Positions 1 through 8,660 of a stretch of DNA of 64,000 bases are shown piece by piece. How positions within the stretch are numbered: the first letter of the stretch is position 1; each line of letters starts with the position of its first letter. The DNA comes from Longimicrobiales bacterium (GTDB lineage Bacteria > Gemmatimonadota > Gemmatimonadetes > Longimicrobiales > Gaopeijiaceae), in NCBI GenBank assembly GCA_965226375.1, contig CBDDCX010000008.1, positions 928,001 through 992,000 of the forward strand, written 5' to 3'. The translations under genes and the position numbers were made by a program. Under the pieces are notes generated by a model. That model worked only from the letters and a program-made list of their open reading frames with translations. It was not told the DNA's origin and did not search any database.

Positions 1-1
1 C

Positions 2-652
2 TACGCCGATCTCGAGATCGAAGTGCCGGCCGGAAAGGACTTCGCTCTGTACCTGGCCGTCGGTGCCACCGACATCCGCGGCGTAGAAGGCGACTTCATT
101 ATCGATACCGGCTCGGGCCAGGTCACGGCGCAAGACATCGTGGGGTCGTTGAGCATCGATACCGGTTCGGGCCGAGTGTCCGTTCTCAGGGTCGACGGTG
201 ATGTTCTGGTCGATACCGGGTCCGGGCGTGTCGAGATCGAGGATGTGCGGGGCGGCCAGATCAACGTGGATACGGGGTCGGGCGGCGTTACCGGCATGAA
301 CCTGACGGCTGTGACGGTCCGGGTGGATACCAGGTCCGGGAGTATCGAGTTGGAGCAAGTGAGGTCGGAGGATGTCTATCTCGACACCGGCAGCGGTAGC
401 ATTCGGGTGGAGTTGATGGAGGACGTGGAGAATCTGATGGTCGACACCGGATCCGGTTCCGTCACGGTGTGGATGCCCGAAGGAGTTGGCGCGGAGATCG
501 AGATCGAGACAGGTAGTGGAGGCATCGACCTGGACTTCCCCGTGCAGATTCGGCGGGCGGGCCGGGATCATGTGCTCGGTACCATCGGAGATGGCCGGGG
601 CCGGATAAACATCGACACCGGCTCCGGGAGTGTTCGGCTGGCTCGACGGTAG
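2..652 (+). CDS. DUF4097-like beta-strand repeat protein (5' partial)
   Basis: Frame is open from the window edge; nine (I/V/L)-(D/E)-T-(G/R)-S-G repeats typical of DUF4097/adhesin-like beta-solenoids. Confidence 0.8.
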   Translation, partial: YADLEIEVPAGKDFALYLAVGATDIRGVEGDFIIDTGSGQVTAQDIVGSLSIDTGSGRVSVLRVDGDVLVDTGSGRVEIEDVRGGQINVDTGSGGVTGMNLTAVTVRVDTRSGSIELEQVRSEDVYLDTGSGSIRVELMEDVENLMVDTGSGSVTVWMPEGVGAEIEIETGSGGIDLDFPVQIRRAGRDHVLGTIGDGRGRINIDTGSGSVRLARR

Positions 653-733
653 GAGCGTCCCGACGGTGCGGTAGAGATCCTTCAAGGGGATCTCGGAGCG
701 GTCCCAGCCCACGAGGCTGGGGCCGCTCTCGTG

Positions 734-2830
734 TCATGTCTCGGTGTCGGCCCGATCGCGACGCCGAACCCAGGGTTTCCAGCTCCGCTTGAGTTCCTTG
801 GGAATGTCGATCCAGAAGGCGCTTCCCACAGATCGTCGATCCACTCCGGTCTCCCCTCCGATGCGCTCCATGCCCTTTCGGACGATCGCCAGGCCGATTC
901 CAGTGCCGGGCCGCTCGGAGGATTGGTCGAGTCGCTCGAAGACCCCGAATATGCGTTCCTCCTGGCCCTCAGGAACGCCGATCCCGTTGTCCTCTACCCA
1001 GATGCGTACGCGCTCCTCGCGCTCCTCGCATCGGATGCCGATCTCTGGGGCACGTCCCTCGGGAACGAACTTGGCCCCGTTGGTCACCAGGTTCGCAAGG
1101 ATCTGGACCAGGATGGTCTTCTGCGCCATCACGGTCGGAAGCTCGTCTTCGACGGTGATCTCCGCGTCGGCCTCCTTCAGGGTCGGTCCCACCTGCTCCA
1201 GGACGGAGTCGATGACCTCCTTCAGATCGATGGACTGAAGCTCCAGAGCCTCGAAGCTGAGGCGGCTGTAGTCCAGGAGGTCAGAGATCAGGTCTTCAGC
1301 CCATGCACCTGAAACGATGATCCGCTCTGCGAAGTCCCGCGCATCCTTGTTCGCGTCTTCGCCCAGGGTCTCCATCAGGGCATGAGCGAAGCCGGTCATG
1401 GTGCGGAGTGGCGTGCGCAGGTCGTGTGAGATCGAGTACGCAAAGGCCTCGAGCTCGTCGTTGGCCTGCTGGAGCTGTCCGGCGAGGGTCCGGAACTCCG
1501 TCTCGCTCTGTCGCAGCGCCTCGGCGGCCCCGATCCGCTCCATGAGGCCGGCAATGGTATGCGCCAGACTGGTGGCAAGACGGGTTACCCATTGGTCCGG
1601 GTCCAAGGACTCCGTATGGGCCAGCGTAAGTGTGCCGACGACCTCGCCTCCGATCACCATGGGAAAGGCCATATAAGTCTGTACGCCAAGGTCGTGAAAG
1701 ACGTCAGCTCCATGACGCCTCTTGGAGCGAGCGTCTCGTTCGACTACCGGTTTACGCTTCTGTACGGCCACTCCCGACAGGGTCTTGTGGACGGGGATGA
1801 CGAGCGGCTCTCCGTCGTCGGGCCGGGGGATTCCCTTACTCGCTATTAAGACCATGGCGTCCCGCTCCGCGTCGTAGCGCTCGATGGCTACAATCGGACA
1901 GCCGGTGGCCCGGCTCACTTCCTCTAGAATATCGTCCAGAGCCTCTCCCAGGGTCTCGGCTGCGAGAGAGAGCTCCGATATGCGGTACAGGGTGGCGAGC
2001 TCTTCGTTTTGGGCGGCCAGTTCTTCCTGGGCTCGGTGCCGCTCCGTCACGTCCGATATGATGCCGTCGATGCGGCGCAGACTTCCGTCCTCGGCGAGAT
2101 GGGGCTTGAGCGTGGCTTCGACCCGACGCTCTTCTCCCTTGGGCGTTCGCGTCTGGTAACTGTGCGTGAAGGAATCACCCGCATCGACCTCAACCAAGAT
2201 CGACTCCGCGTCGGTGAGGGCGCCGGGGAAGAGAAACTCGTGCCACAGGTCAGAGTCCTCCAGAAGCTTCTCGGGCGCGACGCCGAGGACGTCCTCAGCA
2301 GCCGGCGACACCTGAATGAGGCGGTCCTCGGGGACGTCCACAGAGAAGAACACCCCGTCCAGACTCTCGAATAGGGTGCTCAACTCTCCGGTGGTGGCGA
2401 GGAGTGCGGCCTGGGTCGTCCTTCGCTCCGCCTGCGTCTGGACCCCACGCTCGGCCACGGCCAAGCGGATGTTCAGGAGGGCGATGTCCACGGGCTTGGC
2501 CACGTAGTCGTTGGCACCCGCCTCCAGCACCGACTCGAGGACGTCGGGTTCGTTCTTTCCGGTCACCACCAAAATGACGGGCTGGTCTCCACCGGGACTG
2601 TTTCGGATGCGCCGAGTGAGCTCTAGGCCGTCGATGCCAGGGAGGGCCAGGTCGAGGAGTACGAGCGGGGCCGGTTCTTCCCTATATGCGTCCCACGCGG
2701 CTTTTCCGTCTTCACAAGCCGCGACGATGTGACCACGGGAGCGGAGGATCTCGGAGAACAACCACCGTTCACCGGGATTATCTTCGACCAGCAAGACGCG
2801 AAGGGCTTCTCCGTTTGGCATGAACTCCAT
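734..2830 (-). CDS. Hybrid sensor histidine kinase (REC-PAS-GAF-HisKA-HATPase)
   Basis: N-terminal receiver (VLLVEDN...LLDLALPGIDG), H-box SISHDLRTPL, N box ANLVTNG, G1 DNGIG, G2 GTGIGLAIV. Confidence 0.9.
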   Translation of the reverse strand: MEFMPNGEALRVLLVEDNPGERWLFSEILRSRGHIVAACEDGKAAWDAYREEPAPLVLLDLALPGIDGLELTRRIRNSPGGDQPVILVVTGKNEPDVLESVLEAGANDYVAKPVDIALLNIRLAVAERGVQTQAERRTTQAALLATTGELSTLFESLDGVFFSVDVPEDRLIQVSPAAEDVLGVAPEKLLEDSDLWHEFLFPGALTDAESILVEVDAGDSFTHSYQTRTPKGEERRVEATLKPHLAEDGSLRRIDGIISDVTERHRAQEELAAQNEELATLYRISELSLAAETLGEALDDILEEVSRATGCPIVAIERYDAERDAMVLIASKGIPRPDDGEPLVIPVHKTLSGVAVQKRKPVVERDARSKRRHGADVFHDLGVQTYMAFPMVIGGEVVGTLTLAHTESLDPDQWVTRLATSLAHTIAGLMERIGAAEALRQSETEFRTLAGQLQQANDELEAFAYSISHDLRTPLRTMTGFAHALMETLGEDANKDARDFAERIIVSGAWAEDLISDLLDYSRLSFEALELQSIDLKEVIDSVLEQVGPTLKEADAEITVEDELPTVMAQKTILVQILANLVTNGAKFVPEGRAPEIGIRCEEREERVRIWVEDNGIGVPEGQEERIFGVFERLDQSSERPGTGIGLAIVRKGMERIGGETGVDRRSVGSAFWIDIPKELKRSWKPWVRRRDRADTET

Positions 2831-2904
2831 CGGCTGGGGGCGGACTACAGGTCGAGGAAGGTATGTTGCGTGTCTGGACGTGGCTACGAGGGGGCCGGCA
2901 ACGC

Positions 2905-3738
2905 TCAGTCTTCGCTGGCGCCCAGAGTGCCTCCCGCCCGAAGTCGGGCCACCCGTGCCAAGGCCATACCGGGCTCGAAGAAAGCGTCACCCGATATCTC
3001 CATGGCCTCTTGATAGGCACGGCGTGCCGTTTCCCAGTCGAACCTGTCTTCGGCCTCGACCCCTCGGAAGAACGCCGCCACTGCATCGGCCGGCACTCCA
3101 GACGGCGTGAAGGTTGTGGGAGCGGGATCGACGAGGGTGCTCGAGAGTGGGTCGGTCCAGGGCGGCGCACGCCCCATTTCCTGGAGCGTCGATATCGTGG
3201 AGCCGACGATGGTCCGGGCCAGGCTCGTCGGATCGATCCCTTGAGGGGTCGTGGTCCTCCAGGCCGACACCACCGCGCTGGGTTCGACATCGACGAGCCT
3301 CAGGTCGAGCGTGGCCGAATCGCCGGCTGCGATCCAGCTTCCCGCAAGCTGGAGCTCGGCTCCGGGAGATACACCAACGGACGGGGAGTTCGGGAGGGGC
3401 GGCAGGCCCTGTGTTTCTCGCTCCACTGCAGCCGTGAACTTCCTCCGCTCCACGAACTGTACATCACGGCGGCGAATCAAACCGGCGACCACGAGTTCTT
3501 GAAGCCCGACGGAGGGTGAGACAGCTGATGCGTCGGGCCGGGCGGCCCCGAGGAGGACCAGCCCGGTCACGGAGACACGGGCGGCGGCGGCAAGGGGTTG
3601 GGGTCGCGGCCGGTTCAGGCTGAGCCAGACGGACTCCGGCGCCACAGCGACAGATGAGGGTGGACCTCCGCCGGAGACACATGCGCCGGCTACTACAGTG
3701 GAGAGGAGAGCCACGGCACGAAGGCCGGGGATCGTCAC
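2905..3738 (-). CDS. Hypothetical lipoprotein (CsgG/TolB-N-like domain plus TPR-like C-terminus)
   Basis: GTG start at 3738 gives a signal peptide with lipobox VAGAC; FVERR and LDLRLVDVE motifs resemble CsgG/FlgO-like folds; start is uncertain (ORF open to 3981). Confidence 0.55.
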   Translation of the reverse strand: MTIPGLRAVALLSTVVAGACVSGGGPPSSVAVAPESVWLSLNRPRPQPLAAAARVSVTGLVLLGAARPDASAVSPSVGLQELVVAGLIRRRDVQFVERRKFTAAVERETQGLPPLPNSPSVGVSPGAELQLAGSWIAAGDSATLDLRLVDVEPSAVVSAWRTTTPQGIDPTSLARTIVGSTISTLQEMGRAPPWTDPLSSTLVDPAPTTFTPSGVPADAVAAFFRGVEAEDRFDWETARRAYQEAMEISGDAFFEPGMALARVARLRAGGTLGASED

Positions 3739-3997
3739 GAGGCCGGTAGACGAGTGCCACGGATGCAAGATCAGGACTCCTGAGCATGGTAGGGATGTCC
3801 GTACGCCCCATTCAGAACATTGCCCGTGGCTCCCCTCAGATCCAGTGGTATTTTGCGGCGCCGATTCCCTTAAAGACACTCGGTCGCGTGAGGCCGCCGA
3901 CGCGGCCCTGGTCCGGCACCTTTGCGTTTCGTGGCGTGGCCGAGAAGAATACAGCATCACCACCGTCACCTGAGATGCCACGCCCGGAGATGGCTGA

Positions 3998-4459
3998 ATG
4001 TCTGATCCTGATCCTGATCCCTTCCGCTTCCGACTCCCCGTCGACGTGAGATTCCAGGACGTCGATGTCTACGGGCACGCACACCACTCCAGGGCGCTCA
4101 TCTACTTCGAAGAGGCCCGGTGGGCGTACTGGCGTGAGGTCGTGGGTACAAAGAGCATCGATGAGGTGAGCTATGTGATGTCAGAGGTGCAGGTTCGGTA
4201 CCACCGTCGCATTCTCTACCCGATGACCGTGGAGGTCTGTGCCCGGACGTCACAGCTCGCGGAAAAGCACTTCATCATGGAATACGAGGTCCGCTCACCC
4301 CCAGGAGAGATGCTGGTTTCCGGTAACAGCGTCCAGGTCATGTATGACTATGCGGCGCAGACATCCACCACGATTCCGGCGACGATTCGCTCGGCGCTGG
4401 AAGCGTGGGACGGACCGTTTCCCGAAGCCCGCTATCGACCGGACGACGACGAGATCTGA
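3998..4459 (+). CDS. Acyl-CoA thioesterase (4HBT/YbgC hotdog family)
   Basis: VRFQDVDVYGHAHH...YFEEAR motif. Confidence 0.85.
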   Translation: MSDPDPDPFRFRLPVDVRFQDVDVYGHAHHSRALIYFEEARWAYWREVVGTKSIDEVSYVMSEVQVRYHRRILYPMTVEVCARTSQLAEKHFIMEYEVRSPPGEMLVSGNSVQVMYDYAAQTSTTIPATIRSALEAWDGPFPEARYRPDDDEI

Positions 4460-4590
4460 CGGGATCGTGAACCGCGGAGGTTTGCGCATCGCCGGGTTAA
4501 GAAGTATGCACTCAGCACTGTGTAATCATGCGCTGTAACAATTTGGGCTGTGCGGCGGTATGAAACGAATGCCGCGTGTAAAGAAGGCGG

Positions 4591-4618
4591 TTGACCTCGC
4601 GGGCGCCCTGTATAGTTT
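4591..4618 (+). promoter_or_regulatory. Putative sigma70 promoter of the TPR gene
   Basis: TTGACC at 4591 followed by TATAGT/TAGTTT at 4611-4618 in an AT-richer intergenic region. Confidence 0.35.
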
Positions 4619-4723
4619 CTATTGCTAAGCCTGCGAATACCGAGAGGCAGTAGTTCGCCAACGCTCCTGCGGAGCCCGAAGAGGGGACCGCCGGAGCCGA
4701 TGATTTAGGGATCTGATTCAGGA

Positions 4724-6478
4724 GTGAGGATGATGACAGGATGTCGCCGTCTGGGCGTGATCGCCGCCGTGCTATTCGCGTTGCCCATAACGGGTAGCAC
4801 GGCCATCGAAGCCCAGCAGACCGTGAGCAGTCGCTTCCGGGTTCTCATTCCTGACTTCCGCCCCATGAATGGGGAGAACAAAGGTTTCGGTGAGAAGCTG
4901 GCCGACAAACTCAGGGATCAGATCAGCGATCTGAATACTCATACGGCCGTGAGCGAAAAGGACATCAAGAACGCGCTCAAGCGGTTCGACCTGAAGATGG
5001 AAAACCTCACGTGCATCCAGGCTCGTCAGCTCGCGACGCGGAGCAACTACGAGGTCGTGTTGTGCGCCGAGTACACCGGTACCAAAGCGCGGTGGGAGAT
5101 CCAGAACATCAAGTTCGTGGACTCGAACACCGGCGAGGAGTTCAACGTCGACCCGGTTACGTCGGCCGACAAGATGGAGGAGCAGGCGGCCAGGCAGATT
5201 GTCGACCGCTTCACGCTCTTCGTCGAGCAGACTCGCGTCGCGGTGTTCTGTGTCGACTACGCCCAGAGCCAGCAGTGGGACAGCTCCCTCGAGAACTGTG
5301 ACCGTGCGCTCGAGCTGAACCCGAACGCGAACTCGGTACGCTACGCCCGTGCGAACGTGCTCCGTCAGACCGAGCGCTTCGACGAGTCCCTGGAAGAGGT
5401 CCAGCGCCTGTTGGAGCGCGATCCGTTCCACGAGAACGCCCTTCTGCTCGGTGGCTTCGTGGCCATCAACCTCGGCAACGAGGAGTTGGCCCGTGAGTAT
5501 TACCGCCAGTACCTGGAGCTCGACCCGACCAACGCCACCGTGCGTATGAGGGTTGCCTATGACTTGGCCCAGGAGGGTGACCCCCTCGGCGCCATGGAGC
5601 TCATCGATGAGGGCATCGCGATCGACTCGGACAACATCGACTACTACGAACAGGTCGGGAACTTCGCCTTCGCTGGTGCCGAGCGAGTCCGCAGTGAGGC
5701 TCAGGCCGACGGCGGAGACGGAATGACCCCCGAGGTCGCGGACCTCTACCGGAAGGCCATCGGCGCGTACGAGAGGGTGTTCGAGGCCAAGGGAGAGGAG
5801 ACCCTCGTCACGCAGTTGCGTAATGTCGCTGCGGCCCATCTCCAGTTGGGCGACGCTGCCGCGTCGGCCGAGTTCTCCAGCCGTGCGCTCGAGTCGCATC
5901 CGGAAGTGGCGTCTCTCTGGGACATCTATGCGAGGGCCCTGAAGGAGAACGGTCAGGTGGACGAGGCCGTAGCAGCCCTCAGCACCATCGAGGGCATCGA
6001 TCCTGATTGGCCCAACCTACATCTACGGATGGGGAACTGGTTGCTCGAGGTCGGTCAGGTCGACGACGCGTTGCCTGTGCTTCAGAAGGCCGTTGCGAGC
6101 GGCTCCACGGCGGATCAGGCGGCCAATATGATTTTCAGCCACGCTTACTCGCACTACATCCAGCCCACCGATAAGAATTACAGGCGGTTCATCGATTTGA
6201 TCGGCAGGGCCAAGCAGTTCGAGGTTACCACTCAGATCCGCGAGCAGTTCGACTTCTGGCACGCCTACAGCCTCTACTATCAAGGAATGGCGGTTGGCAC
6301 TCCGGAGACCCTCGCATCTGCAAACCGGTCGTTGCCTATGTTCCAGCAGGCAGTGATGCTCTTCCGTCGGTCGAAGCCGTATGCGGACCGGACTCCGTCG
6401 ATCAACTATCAGCAGTTCATCGAGGCCGCGGGCACGTACGTCGAGATCCAAGAAGCGATCATCAAGCGGGGCCGGTAG
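4724..6478 (+). CDS. Exported tetratricopeptide-repeat protein
   Basis: Sec signal peptide (AIEA cleavage), multiple TPR motifs (RALELNP, YLELDP); start may be 4730/4733. Confidence 0.8.
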   Translation: MRMMTGCRRLGVIAAVLFALPITGSTAIEAQQTVSSRFRVLIPDFRPMNGENKGFGEKLADKLRDQISDLNTHTAVSEKDIKNALKRFDLKMENLTCIQARQLATRSNYEVVLCAEYTGTKARWEIQNIKFVDSNTGEEFNVDPVTSADKMEEQAARQIVDRFTLFVEQTRVAVFCVDYAQSQQWDSSLENCDRALELNPNANSVRYARANVLRQTERFDESLEEVQRLLERDPFHENALLLGGFVAINLGNEELAREYYRQYLELDPTNATVRMRVAYDLAQEGDPLGAMELIDEGIAIDSDNIDYYEQVGNFAFAGAERVRSEAQADGGDGMTPEVADLYRKAIGAYERVFEAKGEETLVTQLRNVAAAHLQLGDAAASAEFSSRALESHPEVASLWDIYARALKENGQVDEAVAALSTIEGIDPDWPNLHLRMGNWLLEVGQVDDALPVLQKAVASGSTADQAANMIFSHAYSHYIQPTDKNYRRFIDLIGRAKQFEVTTQIREQFDFWHAYSLYYQGMAVGTPETLASANRSLPMFQQAVMLFRRSKPYADRTPSINYQQFIEAAGTYVEIQEAIIKRGR

Positions 6479-6503
6479 GCTTCGCCGCCTAGAGTCGCGC
6501 AGG

Positions 6504-6544
6504 AGAGCGCCGCGGGGGATGCCCCCCGCGGCGCTCTTTTTTTT
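6504..6544 (+). terminator. Rho-independent terminator
   Basis: 15-bp stem AGAGCGCCGCGGGGG/CCCCCGCGGCGCTCT followed by a T-run, just after the TPR gene stop. Confidence 0.9.
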
Positions 6545-6847
6545 CTCCGGAATCGATGCTCCGATCAAGTCTGAATCTGCGGAGAATCTGACTTTCCAGA
6601 CGGTCGCTCGTCTCAGGCCGTCCGGCCGATCCGACCCTCGTAGCGGTCACACGGAGTAGCTGCGAGCGAGTGGGGAAGAGTGGGTAGGGCAGAGGATACT
6701 AAGAAACATTCCCAGAAACTTCCCGAATACGCTTCCGAGCCAAGGCTCGCTTCAGGACTCTAAGTCCTTGAGGGACAGCTGCTTGGGTATCTTCTGTCTG
6801 CGTGTCGACCCCAAAGAAAAACCGAAGACTATCCATCACAAAAAGGC

Positions 6848-6925
6848 TTGACTGTCCTCGAAGCCCGGTCGTATTATTGCTCCAAGGGTTACTACTTTTC
6901 ACCACAGTTCCCCACAGAGTGCCAC
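6848..6925 (+). promoter_or_regulatory. dcw promoter with 10-bp-phased MraZ-type boxes
   Basis: TTGACT(6848)-N18-TATTAT(6872); CTAC/CCAC/CCAC/CCAC at 6892, 6902, 6912, 6922 (GTGG-N6 on the minus strand). Confidence 0.7.
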
Positions 6926-6930
6926 ATTAG

Positions 6931-7359
6931 ATGAGCTTTCTGGGCAGGTACGAGTACCAACTGGACCAGAAGGGGCGGGTCAGCCTGCCCTCGGCGTTTC
7001 GCCGGGAGGCTGAAGGCGACCGCTTCGTCCTGCTCCAGTGGAAGGCACCTGCCCTCACGCTCTTCCCCCGGCAGGCATGGGCCCAGACCCAGGAGAGATT
7101 GCTCACCTTCCGACGAAACCAGCCCGAGGCCTGGGGAGACGTGCTGGCCATCGCGGCGAGCGCTGTGGAGGTCAGCCCCGACAAGCAGGGACGGATTCTC
7201 ATTCCTGCGTGGTTGCAGGAGGCGGCGAGCCTGGGAGGAAGCGTTCTGCTCGTCGGCAACATCGACCGTGTGGAGCTCTGGAACCCGACGCGCTTCGATG
7301 AGGCGGTCCAGACGGGAACCGGGGAATTCGAGAAGTTCTCAAACCAGATCTTCGGGTGA
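6931..7359 (+). CDS. mraZ: Division/cell wall cluster transcriptional repressor MraZ
   Basis: FLGRYEYQLDQKGRVSLP and DKQGRILIP SpoVT-AbrB repeats; first gene of the dcw cluster. Confidence 0.95.
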   Translation: MSFLGRYEYQLDQKGRVSLPSAFRREAEGDRFVLLQWKAPALTLFPRQAWAQTQERLLTFRRNQPEAWGDVLAIAASAVEVSPDKQGRILIPAWLQEAASLGGSVLLVGNIDRVELWNPTRFDEAVQTGTGEFEKFSNQIFG

Positions 7360-7362
7360 TTC

Positions 7363-8337
7363 GTGGCCCTTATCATGCGAGCCGCTGAAGCGGTCACCCA
7401 ACGGGCGGAGCATCGAGTGCGATATCACGAGCCGGTAATGGCGGCCGAGGTGTTGGAGCTGATGGGGCCGTCCGGATCAGGCCTCTACCTGGATGGCACC
7501 GTAGGCGGAGGTGGACATTCCCGCCTGCTGCTCGAGAAGTGCACCGAGTGCCGTGTCGTCGCGGTGGACCGCGATCCCGAGGCATTGGCTGCTTCAAAGG
7601 TTGCTCTGGCCCCGTTCGGTGGACGAGTCCGCTTCGTGCAGACGCGCTTCGATGAAGCGGTGGACGAGGCGGGTCTCCTCGAGCCCCTCGCCGGGGCGCT
7701 ACTCGACCTGGGTGTGAGCTCGCATCAACTCGACGCGGACGAGAGGGGTTTCACCTTCCGCCGTGACGTCGACCTGGACATGCGCATGGCGGGGGATGAA
7801 GAGGAGGTCCCGACCGCGGCCCAACTGCTGAACGAGGCCAACGAGGGGGACTTGGCCCGAATCTTCCATGAGTACGGAGAGGAGCCTCGGGCACGTCGGC
7901 TGGCTCGGGAGATCGTGAGCCGCCGGGGAGCGGCACCCTTCCGGACAAGCGACGACCTGGTAGCAGCCTACTCCAAAGCACTGGGACGGGCGCCCAAGGC
8001 TAAGGAGAAGGCAAGGATCTTCCAGGCATTGAGAATCGCAGTGAACAGTGAGTTGGAGGCATTGGAGCACGGTCTTACCAGGATCGGGGAGGCGCTGGCT
8101 TCCGGAGCGACCTTGGTCGTGATCTCATATCACTCGCTCGAGGATCGGCTGGTAAAGAACGCCTTCCGAGAGTGGAGCCGCTCCTGTGTGTGCCCGCCGG
8201 GTATTCCGCTGTGTACGTGCCGCGGAGAGCCTCTGGGCAAAAGCCTCACCCGTACCCCTCTTTGTCCGGGCGACATCGAGGTGGCTCGCAACCCAAGAGC
8301 CCGCAGCGCCCGCCTGAGGGCCTGGAGAAAATCGTGA
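7363..8337 (+). CDS. rsmH: 16S rRNA (C1402-N4) methyltransferase RsmH
   Basis: HEPVM, DGTVGGGGHS, DLGVSSHQLD, SYHSLEDR, NPRARSARLR motifs. Confidence 0.97.
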   Translation: MALIMRAAEAVTQRAEHRVRYHEPVMAAEVLELMGPSGSGLYLDGTVGGGGHSRLLLEKCTECRVVAVDRDPEALAASKVALAPFGGRVRFVQTRFDEAVDEAGLLEPLAGALLDLGVSSHQLDADERGFTFRRDVDLDMRMAGDEEEVPTAAQLLNEANEGDLARIFHEYGEEPRARRLAREIVSRRGAAPFRTSDDLVAAYSKALGRAPKAKEKARIFQALRIAVNSELEALEHGLTRIGEALASGATLVVISYHSLEDRLVKNAFREWSRSCVCPPGIPLCTCRGEPLGKSLTRTPLCPGDIEVARNPRARSARLRAWRKS

Positions 8338-8660
8338 GGCGACGTCGGCGGCAGCGCAGCTGTCAGCGCTCCTGTCAGCGCTCCTGGGGCGCACCCAGCC
8401 TCCTCGCGCTCGGATTCGCCGCTCTTCTGGCCTCTCTGAGCCTGGTGACGTGGCGCCAGAGTCGGGCATTCGAGGCCCTGGCGGCTCTGGACGAGGTACA
8501 GCGCGAACTGTCACTCGCAACCGCGGAGCAGACCGAGCTCCAGCGCCGCATCCAACGGCTCGAGAGCCGGACGCGTGTGTCGATCGTGGCGGTAGAGCGT
8601 CTGGGCATGCATCAGCCCGAGGCGTCTGAAATGGTGCTGCTCAGTGGGGGATCCCCATGA
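8334..8660 (+). CDS. ftsL: Cell division protein FtsL
   Basis: GTG overlaps the rsmH stop; basic N-terminus, one TM helix, coiled coil, ERLGM motif; lies between rsmH and ftsI. Confidence 0.8.
   Translation: MRRRRRQRSCQRSCQRSWGAPSLLALGFAALLASLSLVTWRQSRAFEALAALDEVQRELSLATAEQTELQRRIQRLESRTRVSIVAVERLGMHQPEASEMVLLSGGSP

Noticed and set aside
4460..4723. Riboswitch or ncRNA upstream of the TPR gene
   Set aside because: Only short hairpins; no recognisable aptamer consensus
8352..8387. 12-nt tandem repeat x3 in the ftsL N-terminus (QRSC)
   Set aside because: In-frame low-complexity expansion in a disordered tail; no evidence of function
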